NCBI GenBank assembly: GCA_038046805.1
Contig: JBBSVO010000004.1
Coordinates: 97,419 to 161,418, forward strand
Direction: 5' to 3'
Length of the DNA stretch: 64,000 bases
Source of the DNA: Candidatus Micrarchaeota archaeon
GTDB lineage: Archaea; Micrarchaeota; Micrarchaeia; Anstonellales; Bilamarchaeaceae
A program made the translations under genes and the position numbers. This document shows positions 1 through 8,152 of the stretch, piece by piece. Every line of letters begins with the position of its first letter. Position 1 is the first letter of the stretch. The notes under the pieces are model-generated. The model saw nothing but the letters and a program-made list of their open reading frames with translations. It had not been told where the DNA came from and ran no database searches.

Positions 1-559
1 ATTCCACGACTTCCGGACCGGTGAAAACGACTGAGGCCTCGCGGTTTACCCTTAGGGCATTTTTGCTCAGGTTATGGGAGCCTACCAGAACCTTTGTTCC
101 ATCGATTATCATGAATTTGGAATGAGTGAGCTTGAATTCTTCGGATGCCCAATGAACCGCTATGCCTGCTTGTGAAAGAGCGGCAAATGTTTCCTCATTC
201 TGCTTTCCTGCAATGCGCTTTTCCATTATTACCCGCACTGCTACTCCACGGTTCTTTGCCTTGATGAGTGCTGAAACAATTTCATCAGATGAAAAAGTGT
301 AGATTTCGATATCAATCGATTTTGTGGCGCTATTAATAAGGGCGAGAATGTCGTCTTCGGCATCCGGGGAAAAAAGAGCGGAGATTGTTACCGGAACCGA
401 AGCAAATGACGTGGAACCGGAACCCTCGAGCGAGTTGGCGAGCGGAAAAACAAGAATTAAAATTAGGAAAAGGAGTGCCGCAACGATGAAGCCAGCTGCG
501 AAAAACAACAACTGCCTACCCTGCGTCTTCTGCTCCTGCGCTGTCTGCTCTCTGTCCAT
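1..559 (-). CDS. Phospholipase D/Nuc-family (HKD) protein with N-terminal membrane anchor, 3' end outside window
   Basis: Not in the ORF track. Manual translation from ATG at 559: MDREQTAQ...LLFFAAGFIVAALLFLILILVFP...FSPDAEDDILALINSATKSIDIEIYTFS...HSKFMIIDGTKVLVGSHNLSKNA, containing the HxKxxxxD...GSxN motif. Overlaps the carB 3' end. Confidence 0.85.
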   Translation of the reverse strand, partial: MDREQTAQEQKTQGRQLLFFAAGFIVAALLFLILILVFPLANSLEGSGSTSFASVPVTISALFSPDAEDDILALINSATKSIDIEIYTFSSDEIVSALIKAKNRGVAVRVIMEKRIAGKQNEETFAALSQAGIAVHWASEEFKLTHSKFMIIDGTKVLVGSHNLSKNALRVNREASVVFTGPEVVE

Positions 560-3500
560 ATTCATCCAACCGTTTTACCTCGATTTCGTTCTCCTTTATT
601 TTCTCGACTGCCTGCAAGAGGGCGATTGCCGTCCTTACATTAGTTATACATGGAATTCCTTTTTCAATACTTGCCCTTCGGATTTTGAATCCATCTGTGT
701 TGAACGCGCCTCCGCGTTGCGGAGTATTTATGACAAGTGAGATTTTTCCGCCATCAATTACATCCAGGACCGTAGTTCCGGAATTAGTATTGAACTCATT
801 TTTGGAATCAGGATTAGCGCTTATTTTATCGACAACGACTGCATCCTGAAGATATGCCGCAGTTCCAGGAGTAGCAAATATCATAAACCCTGCATTTTTC
901 AAAAGTCTTCCGAGCATTGGTGCATATTGCTTGTCCTCCTTGCGCAGGCTCAGGAGAACCGCGGACGACTCGCGTTTTTCTGGCAGGGAAAGACCGCTTG
1001 AAAGAAGTGCCTTCACATACGCCTCGTCAAAAGATTCGGAAATTCCCATTGTTTCGCCAGTGCTTTTCATTTCAGGTCCAAGAGCAATATCCGCTCCTTT
1101 TATTTTCAGGAACGGAAAAACAACCCCTTTGACAGAAAAAGAATTATGAACCCGTTTTTCTTTCTGCTTTTCCAGTGCTTCTGGGTTTAGTTTTTCCCCA
1201 AGCAAAACCCGTGTCGCGAGTTTTGCAAGCGGGATTCCAATTGCCTTACTTAGAAACGGAACGGTTCTGCTTGCGCGGGGATTTGCCTCAAGAATGTAGA
1301 TTATTTCATCTTTTACTGCAAATTGGATATTGATAAGACCGATTGTACCAAGTGCAAGAGCCAATTTCCTGGTGTAATCTTCCAGAGCTGAAATAGTTTT
1401 CGCATCCAGATTCTGTGATGGCAGAACAATATTTGCATCTCCTGAATGCACGCCCGCGAATTCGATGTGCTCCATTATGCCGCCTATGAAAACATTTTTT
1501 CCATCACAAACTGCGTCCACCTCGCATTCAAATGCATTTTCAAGATATTTGTCTATCAACACAGGCTTGTTCTCGCTTACATCAACTGCTTCGTCAATGA
1601 AGGAACGCATACCATCTTCAGTATAAACAATCCGCATCCCCCTGCCTGCGATTACATAGCTTGGGCGGACTACAACCGGATAACCAATTCTTGCTGCGAC
1701 ACTTAAGGCACCTTCTGCGCTTGTGGCAGTTCCGTTTGCTGGCTGGGAAATTCCGAGTTCGTTCGCAAGCTGGCGGAATTTTTCCCGATCTTCCGCGACA
1801 TCTATTCCTTCGAGCTGTGTTCCGAAAATCCTGATTCCCGCATTGTGAAGTTTTTCCGCGAGATTGATGCTGGTCTGGCCGCCGAATTGAAGAATCACGC
1901 CCTCTGCACCCTCGTTTTCAACGATATTGAGCACGTCCTCGAAAGTAAGCGGCTCAAAATAAAGCCGGTCGCTCGTATCAAAATCAGTGCTGACCGTTTC
2001 GGGATTATTGTTTACCATTATGCTCCTGAATCCCATTTCCTTTAATGCAAATGCTGCATGCGAACAGCAATAATCAAATTCAATTCCCTGCCCGATACGA
2101 ATTGGGCCAGAACCGATTACAACGATTTTGCGGCCATCCATTTGACGGGCTTCGTTCTCATCCTCGTAAGTTGAATAGTAATAAGGAGTTATTGCCTCGA
2201 ATTCTCCGGCGCAGCTGTCAACTATTTTATATGTTGGGAGGATTCCGAGCGATTTTCTTCTTACTCTTATTTCAGGTTCGCTGCTTCCGATTAATTTTGA
2301 TATTTGTAAATCCGAAAAACCAGATTGCTTTGATTCCAGCAACAGCTCACGCGACACACTCCCAGGGCTAAAGCCCTGGGCTTCTGACGTTGCGGCTTTA
2401 GGCGGAAAGCCGGTTGGAGAAGAAAAAACGAAGCCTGCGGGTGCGCTTCCTCCAATGTTTAAAGACAAAGGCTTCCGCGCACCCTGGGAGTGTGAAAGAG
2501 GTTTTGATTCTGCAATGCGCAGCCTTTCTTCCATATCAACGATATATTTTATCCGTTCAAGAAACCAGGGATTGATTTTTGTTATGGAATTCAGTTCGTC
2601 AATGCTTTTTCCTTTCCTAAACCATTCAAATATTGCAAAAAGACGAAGGTCGGTGGGGGGCATGAGATGCTTAGACAAATCAATATCCTTTGGCAATTTT
2701 ACTTCGAGACTCCGGATCGCCTTCATGAGCGCTTCTTCGAACGTTCTTCCGATGGCCATTGCTTCTCCCGTGCTTTTCATTTGTGTTCCTATGGTTCTTT
2801 CAGCATTTACAAATTTTTCAAAAGGCCATTTTGGGATTTTCAGAACGCAATAATCAAGCGCAGGCTCAAATGCAGCAGTAGTTCCGGTTATTGCATTTTT
2901 CAGTTCTGGAAGAGAACTACCAAGAGCAATTTTTGCAGCAACCCTGGCGATTGGATATCCTGTTGCCTTTGATGCAAGGGCAGAAGAACGGGAAAGCCGT
3001 GGGTTGATTTCAATTACGGCAAAGTCCCCGGTTTGCTGGTTAAGAGAGAATTGGACATTGCATCCGCCGACTATTCCAATTGCGCGAACGATTTTCAATG
3101 CGGCATTCCTGAGCATCTGGTGGTCACGGTCGCTTAATGTTTGGGATGGAGCAACAACAATCGATTCACCTGTGTGTACCCCCATCGGATCGAAATTTTC
3201 CATATTACAGATGATAATCGCATTATCATAAGCATCCCGGAGAACCTCATATTCAAATTCACCCCAGCCTGCCACAGATTTTTCAACAAGAACCTCGTGG
3301 GTTGCGCTCAGGCGAAAGCCGGCATCAAGAAACTTTTTCAGCTCGTCCTTGTCATGTGCTACCCCGCCACCTGTTCCGCCAAGCGTGAATGCAGGACGCA
3401 GAATGACTGGATAACCAATACTTTCAGCGAATGAATATGCTTCCAGGTAATCTTTTGCTGCAATTCCAGGAAGAATTGGAATTCCGATTCTTTTCATAAC

Positions 3501-3935
3501 TTCGTTGAATTTTTCCCGACTTTCTGCGTTTTCTATGGATTCAAGACTTGTTCCTATAACAGCGACTCCATTTCGCTGAAGAATCCCCTTTCTGCCTAAC
3601 TCTACCGCAAGGTTAAGGCCAGTCTGACCTCCCATTGTCGGTAGAATGGCGTCTGGTCGCTCGCGTTCGATTATTTTTTCCAGAAATTCCGGTGTAAGCG
3701 GTTCAATATAAACAATATCCGCGATATCATAATCAGTCTGGATGGTTGCTGGATTGGAATTAACAAGAACCACTTTGACCCCTTCTTCACGGAGGGAGCG
3801 GCATGCCTGTGCGCCAGAATAATCGAATTCTGCAGATTGACCTATGACGATCGGGCCAGAACCGATAACGAGAACCTTGGATGGTTTCGCGTTCTCAGTC
3901 TTGCGTCTTGATGGGTTATGAGACATGCTGAACAC
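516..3935 (-). CDS. carB: Carbamoyl-phosphate synthase large subunit, with an in-frame 47-aa insertion
   Basis: GSGPIVIGQSAEFDYSG, MGVHTGESIVVAP, EINPRLSRSSALASKATG, duplicated ATP-grasp halves, C-terminal MGS domain. Confidence 0.98.
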   Translation of the reverse strand: MFSMSHNPSRRKTENAKPSKVLVIGSGPIVIGQSAEFDYSGAQACRSLREEGVKVVLVNSNPATIQTDYDIADIVYIEPLTPEFLEKIIERERPDAILPTMGGQTGLNLAVELGRKGILQRNGVAVIGTSLESIENAESREKFNEVMKRIGIPILPGIAAKDYLEAYSFAESIGYPVILRPAFTLGGTGGGVAHDKDELKKFLDAGFRLSATHEVLVEKSVAGWGEFEYEVLRDAYDNAIIICNMENFDPMGVHTGESIVVAPSQTLSDRDHQMLRNAALKIVRAIGIVGGCNVQFSLNQQTGDFAVIEINPRLSRSSALASKATGYPIARVAAKIALGSSLPELKNAITGTTAAFEPALDYCVLKIPKWPFEKFVNAERTIGTQMKSTGEAMAIGRTFEEALMKAIRSLEVKLPKDIDLSKHLMPPTDLRLFAIFEWFRKGKSIDELNSITKINPWFLERIKYIVDMEERLRIAESKPLSHSQGARKPLSLNIGGSAPAGFVFSSPTGFPPKAATSEAQGFSPGSVSRELLLESKQSGFSDLQISKLIGSSEPEIRVRRKSLGILPTYKIVDSCAGEFEAITPYYYSTYEDENEARQMDGRKIVVIGSGPIRIGQGIEFDYCCSHAAFALKEMGFRSIMVNNNPETVSTDFDTSDRLYFEPLTFEDVLNIVENEGAEGVILQFGGQTSINLAEKLHNAGIRIFGTQLEGIDVAEDREKFRQLANELGISQPANGTATSAEGALSVAARIGYPVVVRPSYVIAGRGMRIVYTEDGMRSFIDEAVDVSENKPVLIDKYLENAFECEVDAVCDGKNVFIGGIMEHIEFAGVHSGDANIVLPSQNLDAKTISALEDYTRKLALALGTIGLINIQFAVKDEIIYILEANPRASRTVPFLSKAIGIPLAKLATRVLLGEKLNPEALEKQKEKRVHNSFSVKGVVFPFLKIKGADIALGPEMKSTGETMGISESFDEAYVKALLSSGLSLPEKRESSAVLLSLRKEDKQYAPMLGRLLKNAGFMIFATPGTAAYLQDAVVVDKISANPDSKNEFNTNSGTTVLDVIDGGKISLVINTPQRGGAFNTDGFKIRRASIEKGIPCITNVRTAIALLQAVEKIKENEIEVKRLDEYGQRADSAGAEDAG
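2351..2491 (-). mobile_element. Non-autonomous palindromic element (IS200/IS605-end-like) inserted in frame in carB
   Basis: 13-bp inverted repeat CACACTCCCAGGG (2355-2367) / CCCTGGGAGTGTG (2482-2494) and hairpin CCCAGGGCTAAAGCCCTGGG. On the - strand it follows TCAC and ends in TCGC. Removing 141 nt gives ...ESKPLSRELLLESKQSGFSD. Confidence 0.75.
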
Positions 3936-4045
3936 TCACCTTCTTGTTGACGAACTTAAGAATCAGAATTATATAACGCACGCCAAAGTTTATATAGATG
4001 CGCTTGTCGCAGAGCGCGAAACGCTAAACACCAGACCCGAAACGA

Positions 4046-4306
4046 TCAAATCCTCAACGCCCTCCACACAGTCATGTGATTAGTTCCGATGATATCCGCG
4101 ATTTCACGGATAGTGAAAAATTCGATATTGTAAAGCCGCTTTGCGAATTCTATTTTATGCTTGTCAAGAATCCGCGGTCGCCCTATTTTCTTAATTCGTT
4201 CGATCTGATTAACTGGAAAGTAAATCTGATTTGAATGACGAATCGTTCAAATCTCTCGGACAGAGTCCTCGATCCCTTTGTTTGGCAAATTTTTTGACCT
4301 GTTCAC
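4046..4306 (-). pseudogene. Small resolvase-type HTH protein interrupted by a 48-nt palindromic insertion carrying an in-frame TGA
   Basis: Manual translation: ...IYFPVNQIERIKKIGRPRILDKHKIEFAKRLYNIEFFTIREIADIIGTNHMTVWRALRI*. The frame is open from GTG 4306 once the insert at 4224-4273 is removed. Confidence 0.6.
4224..4273. repeat. Solo two-hairpin mini-element (REP-like family)
   Basis: ATCTG-ATTTGAATGACGAATCGTTCAAAT-CTCTCG-GACAGAGTC-CTCGAT. Same scaffold as 7834-7877; AT at both ends. Confidence 0.7.
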
Positions 4307-4362
4307 CCCCGTTTTTCATGTAAACTCCTCCACAGAAAATCCGTCAAACCGTTGTTTGCCAG

Positions 4363-4403
4363 CTCTCAAGTTCTTCAGTCGCTTTGCTCCTTCAGAACTC
4401 AAG
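4363..4403. repeat. Half unit of the REP-like family
   Basis: CTCTCAAGTTCTT...CAGAACTCAAG, the same scaffold as units of the 5157-5369 array. Confidence 0.7.
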
Positions 4404-4492
4404 AAGTAGCAACGCTAATTTGTTTCTGCATTATCTTTAGGGAACGCAGGTTTAAGAGGATTTGTAACGGAATCGTAGCGATTCAAAAATTG

Positions 4493-4627
4493 TTACCACA
4501 GATCATCATGTGGATCTTTTTCTCTCTTAAACGGTTTTGCGCCCTTTGAAATTCCAAAGGCATCAACACGCACATGTTTTTTTACTTGTATTTCGGGATC
4601 GCGATCTCCATTATCGACACCTTTCAT
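4493..4627 (-). CDS. Short antitoxin-like remnant (44 aa)
   Basis: MKGVDNG...VRVDAFGISKGAKPFKREKDPHDDLW* resembles the C-terminal tails of the AbrB antitoxins at 26521 and 28652. No intact toxin follows. Confidence 0.35.
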   Translation of the reverse strand: MKGVDNGDRDPEIQVKKHVRVDAFGISKGAKPFKREKDPHDDLW

Positions 4628-4678
4628 AGCTTTACTCTGCGGGAAAGAGTTTTATAATGTTTCTGGTATAATGTTTTC

Positions 4679-5134
4679 ATGAAATGCCATCTTAAAGCAA
4701 AACTTACAGTGCTAATTGTGATTCTTCTTTTTGGATTTGTATTTTCCGCTAGCTCAAGCACGAAGACGCAAACAACCTGCGAGAAAATGCTGAAAGCATA
4801 CGGGAGCAAAATCGCGCTTCCTGAAGAAGTCGGACGATTCTTTAACGGAGAAAGATTAAACCTGATTTTCAAGATGAACAAGGGAAGCGATATCTCGGTG
4901 AACGGGCAGGTAATGAAAAACGCGATAGGCAATATTAAATGCGGAAGCAAAGGCATGAGCGATTATGACGTGACGCTCACAGAAGAGGCTGCAAAAAGCC
5001 TTTCAAAATCCGACACACCTGCCAAAACATTCGTTTCCCATATGAAAAAGGGCGAGATAAAAATAAAGGCGAATGGAATGATGCAGGCGTTTAAGCTGAA
5101 GATTGCGGAAATGATGATGGCGACACAGAAATAA
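4679..5134 (+). CDS. Secreted/membrane-anchored hypothetical protein (possible SCP2-like fold)
   Basis: Hydrophobic N-terminal signal. C-terminal pattern DYDVTLTEE...KGEIKIKANG is reminiscent of SCP2-like domains. Confidence 0.55.
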   Translation: MKCHLKAKLTVLIVILLFGFVFSASSSTKTQTTCEKMLKAYGSKIALPEEVGRFFNGERLNLIFKMNKGSDISVNGQVMKNAIGNIKCGSKGMSDYDVTLTEEAAKSLSKSDTPAKTFVSHMKKGEIKIKANGMMQAFKLKIAEMMMATQK

Positions 5135-5156
5135 TTGTCGCTTCAATTTAGTTAGT

Positions 5157-5369
5157 ACTCAAGATCTAGATAACGACGAATCGTTATATATCTCTCAAGT
5201 TCTTCTCTTGTTTTACTCACTCAGAACTCAAGATCCAGAGAACGACGATTCGTTCTTTGTCTCTCAAGTTCTTCCTCACTCTGTTCGTCAGAACTCAAGA
5301 TCAGAGTGAACGACGAATCATTCACTTCTCTTGACTTCTTCGTCATTTCATTCCTCAGAACTCAAGATC
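5157..5369. repeat. Tandem array of three 67-69 bp two-hairpin units plus a terminal partial unit
   Basis: ACTCAAGATC at 5157, 5226, 5293 and 5360. Each unit has an AACGACGAATCGTT-type hairpin and a CTCTCAAGTTCTT...CAGAACTC-type stem with variable interior. Confidence 0.9.
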
Positions 5370-5482
5370 TTCATCATTAATCAGAATAACTGAGTCATCA
5401 CACAGACAGTTGTGGTTGGCACGAATTAAAATACAAATCTATTTAAACCCAATTAACATAAATTATAACAATAGGTGCAAGA

Positions 5483-6505
5483 ATGCAATTTGTCTCAAAA
5501 GAATCTGCCGGCAGTGGCATTGCTCCAGGAAAGCATAGGGTAGCCGAGTGGGCAAAATGGAACTACGAAAGAGTAAGAACCGCTGCAACAGCAGGCGGAA
5601 ACGTTATTGTGAACAAAACTATGTCGCTCAGCCTCGTTTCAAAACGGGCAAAAAAATTGGAAGAAAAAGCAAACAGTGAAAAAAAACAGCACGAAACAGC
5701 AGTTGAACTTGGTGAAACATTCGGTTTTTGGCCAGTTGTATACGGATTGTCAAAACTTGGAGAAAAAATTTCGCAATTTACTGGTCCGATAATTGGATAC
5801 ACCGTGGCATTGATGGTTCCTGCGGGAATAAAGAAAATACTAACTACGGTCAAGAAACTAACTCATAAAGAAAAAAATGCAGGAAAACCTGATGAAAAAA
5901 ATTTCACAGATTACCTGTTTAATATTGGTCTTACCAGTCTTGCTGTAGTTCCAACATATTTTTTAACGATCCAGATAGTCGTAGACGGCGCAACTAGACA
6001 TGTAAGTGCCTTACGAGCAGCAGTGGCCATAATCGCGGCTACAATAACATCAACAATAGCAGAATGGGGAACATTTGCCCTTTTTTGGAAAGCAAACAAT
6101 GAAAAAAAATCGTTGGGAAACGTGCTTAAGGACCTTACCAGAATTCATGAATGGAAGGATTTCTTTAGAGGAGTCAAAAACGGATTTAATGAAGCAATAT
6201 TTCGAAAAGAAAAAGAATCATGCGACCAATGCCAACAAAACTTGATGGAAGAAGCAGGGCACCTCATGGCAATAAGAGACTTTTACTTCCTGCCAATCCA
6301 ATTAATGCGAACATTCTGGGCAGTTTTGATTGGAATGGGAGCATTTGAACTGACTACGGCAAAGGATTTCATCGATACATTTTTTGTAAGCTTATCTACA
6401 TACCTGGGATGGTTTAATACATATTTTGTTTCTCTGAGCTATAAAACATCAGACAAAAAACTACAGGAATACAACAAACAACCCCTTGAACAGAATAAAG
6501 ATTGA
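5483..6505 (+). CDS. Hypothetical multi-pass membrane protein
   Basis: 340-aa ORF with several hydrophobic helices and a TATA-like TTTAAA upstream. Confidence 0.7.
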   Translation: MQFVSKESAGSGIAPGKHRVAEWAKWNYERVRTAATAGGNVIVNKTMSLSLVSKRAKKLEEKANSEKKQHETAVELGETFGFWPVVYGLSKLGEKISQFTGPIIGYTVALMVPAGIKKILTTVKKLTHKEKNAGKPDEKNFTDYLFNIGLTSLAVVPTYFLTIQIVVDGATRHVSALRAAVAIIAATITSTIAEWGTFALFWKANNEKKSLGNVLKDLTRIHEWKDFFRGVKNGFNEAIFRKEKESCDQCQQNLMEEAGHLMAIRDFYFLPIQLMRTFWAVLIGMGAFELTTAKDFIDTFFVSLSTYLGWFNTYFVSLSYKTSDKKLQEYNKQPLEQNKD

Positions 6506-6798
6506 GAAGAATATAAAATTAAAAATTAAAGAATTCACAGGGATTATAGAAAGTAGCGAGTAGCTTCTAGCCAGTAGCTAGTAGCCAGAACACGGTAGCA
6601 ATAGCATTTACTTTTTCTTTCCTTTCTTTCCCTTTTTCGCAGCAACATGTGGCTTGCAGTGAGCACAACTATCGGATTTGTGTCCGAACAATTTCTTAAC
6701 CGCATGCACTAACCTGTGTACCATATTTTTTCACCTCAATGTTATTCTCGTAATTTTTATTCTACCTTTATAAACCTATCTCTTGTAGCCTCTCCCGA

Positions 6799-7716
6799 CT
6801 AAAGGTTTATTTTCAAGCCCAATTCCTTCTTGAGTTCCCTGTAACGATTTCTTATCGTGACTTCCGTTACTCCGGCCACATCTGCAACCTCTTTTTGGGT
6901 TCTCTTTTCCCCGAACAATGCGGATGCGATATAAAGAGCCGCTGCAGCAACACCAGTTGGGCCTCTGCCGGATATAAGCCCCTTTTTCAAGGATTTTTTA
7001 ATCAATTTGACTGCCTCTTCCTGAACCTGGCCCCCAAGACGCAACGCAGTTGCAAACTTCGGAACATACTGGCTCGGATCTGTGAGCGGAACGCTTACCT
7101 CAAGTTCAGTTTTCAGGAACCTGTAGGCACGTCCAATCTCCTTTTTCTCTATACCAGACGACTTTGCAATTTCATCAAGCGTTCTTGGGATTCCCTGAAT
7201 TCTGCAAATAGCATAAATAACTGCAGCAACAACACTTTCAATAAGTCTTCCACGTATAAGTTCGGCTTTGACTGCTCTTCTGTAAAGCAATGCTGCACTT
7301 TCCTTTATGTTTTCCGGCAAACCAAGAGAAGATGCTACTCGGTCAAGCTCGGCAAGTGCAATAACCAGATTGCGCTCCATTGAAGTAGCAATGGACACCC
7401 TTTTGTGCCATTTCCTCATTCTGTAGAGCTGTGCCTGCTTTTTCGGAGAGATTTTTCCTCCCCGAATATCACGATTATACTGGTCAATCTCTGTGACAAG
7501 ACCTTTGTTAGGTCTCATATAACGGATAGGGGCACCGCTATGCGCCCTTTTTTCCTTCTGTTCCGCATCAAATGCACGCCATTCCGGACCGCTGTCATGG
7601 ATATTTTCCACGATGATAAGTCCGCATTGAGCACAGAGAAGCTCTCCCTTCTCGTAATCCCTTATAAGCCTTTTGCTGCTACATTCTGGGCATTTAGTTG
7701 CACCCATTCCTGACAT
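6799..7716 (-). CDS. tfb: Transcription initiation factor IIB
   Basis: Zn ribbon CPECxx...CAQCG, GPEWRAF B-reader, cyclin repeats, GVTEVTIRNRYREL. Confidence 0.98.
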   Translation of the reverse strand: MSGMGATKCPECSSKRLIRDYEKGELLCAQCGLIIVENIHDSGPEWRAFDAEQKEKRAHSGAPIRYMRPNKGLVTEIDQYNRDIRGGKISPKKQAQLYRMRKWHKRVSIATSMERNLVIALAELDRVASSLGLPENIKESAALLYRRAVKAELIRGRLIESVVAAVIYAICRIQGIPRTLDEIAKSSGIEKKEIGRAYRFLKTELEVSVPLTDPSQYVPKFATALRLGGQVQEEAVKLIKKSLKKGLISGRGPTGVAAAALYIASALFGEKRTQKEVADVAGVTEVTIRNRYRELKKELGLKINL

Positions 7717-7814
7717 GAAAATCCCCCTTTACCATAAAAAGACTTTTGAATTTTTATGAAAGATTTTTAAATCTTTATACCAATTTAGGAACAAGAATAT
7801 TTATAAATGTTTCT

Positions 7815-8121
7815 GTGACGCTCCACGGCCTAAATCTGCTTGACCTTCGGTCAAATCTCTCGGGCAAAGCCCTCGATGCCGTGGCTTCTTCCTGTTTGAT
7901 AAAATAAGACAAGGATATATAAGGCCTTTATGGGATGTCAGGAACGACGTATCGTTCCTGAACACCTCAAAAACGACGCATCGTTTTTGGGGATTTGAGA
8001 ACCACAAAGTTCTCAAAGTGTTTGAGAACGTTGCGACGTTCTCAACAAGACCATGCTTAAGGAAGAAGCCCTGTTCTCATCCCATGCCTAAAGGAATGGG
8101 CTTCCGAACCGTGGAGCGTCA
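7815..8121 (-). mobile_element. Composite non-autonomous palindromic element (same architecture as the carB insert) with nested hairpins
   Basis: 13-bp inverted repeat TGACGCTCCACGG (7816-7828) / CCGTGGAGCGTCA (8109-8121), two CTAAA(G)...GGCTTC hairpins, and GTGA (TCAC on the - strand) at both 7815 and 8122. Confidence 0.7.
7834..7877. repeat. Solo two-hairpin mini-element nested in the loop of the larger element
   Basis: ATCTG-CTTGACCTTCGGTCAAAT-CTCTCG-GGCAAAGCC-CTCGAT splits the hairpin CCACGGCCTAAA|GCCGTGG. Confidence 0.7.
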
Positions 8122-8152
8122 GTGACTGATGCCGCGCACCTGGACCCGGCAT

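Noticed and set aside
324..740. 138-aa + strand ORF from the track
   Set aside because: Antisense to the PLD-family gene and the carB end, which have clear motifs.
2351..2491. Intein in CarB
   Set aside because: Only 47 aa with no C/S...HN splice motifs; the DNA palindromes explain it better.
4247..4249. Selenocysteine or recoded TGA in the HTH gene
   Set aside because: The TGA lies within an inserted repeat, and TGA is used as a normal stop by many genes in the window.
5157..5369. CRISPR array
   Set aside because: The period fits, but conserved blocks are split by two variable segments, the would-be spacers resemble each other and are palindromic, solo copies occur elsewhere, and there are no cas genes in the window.
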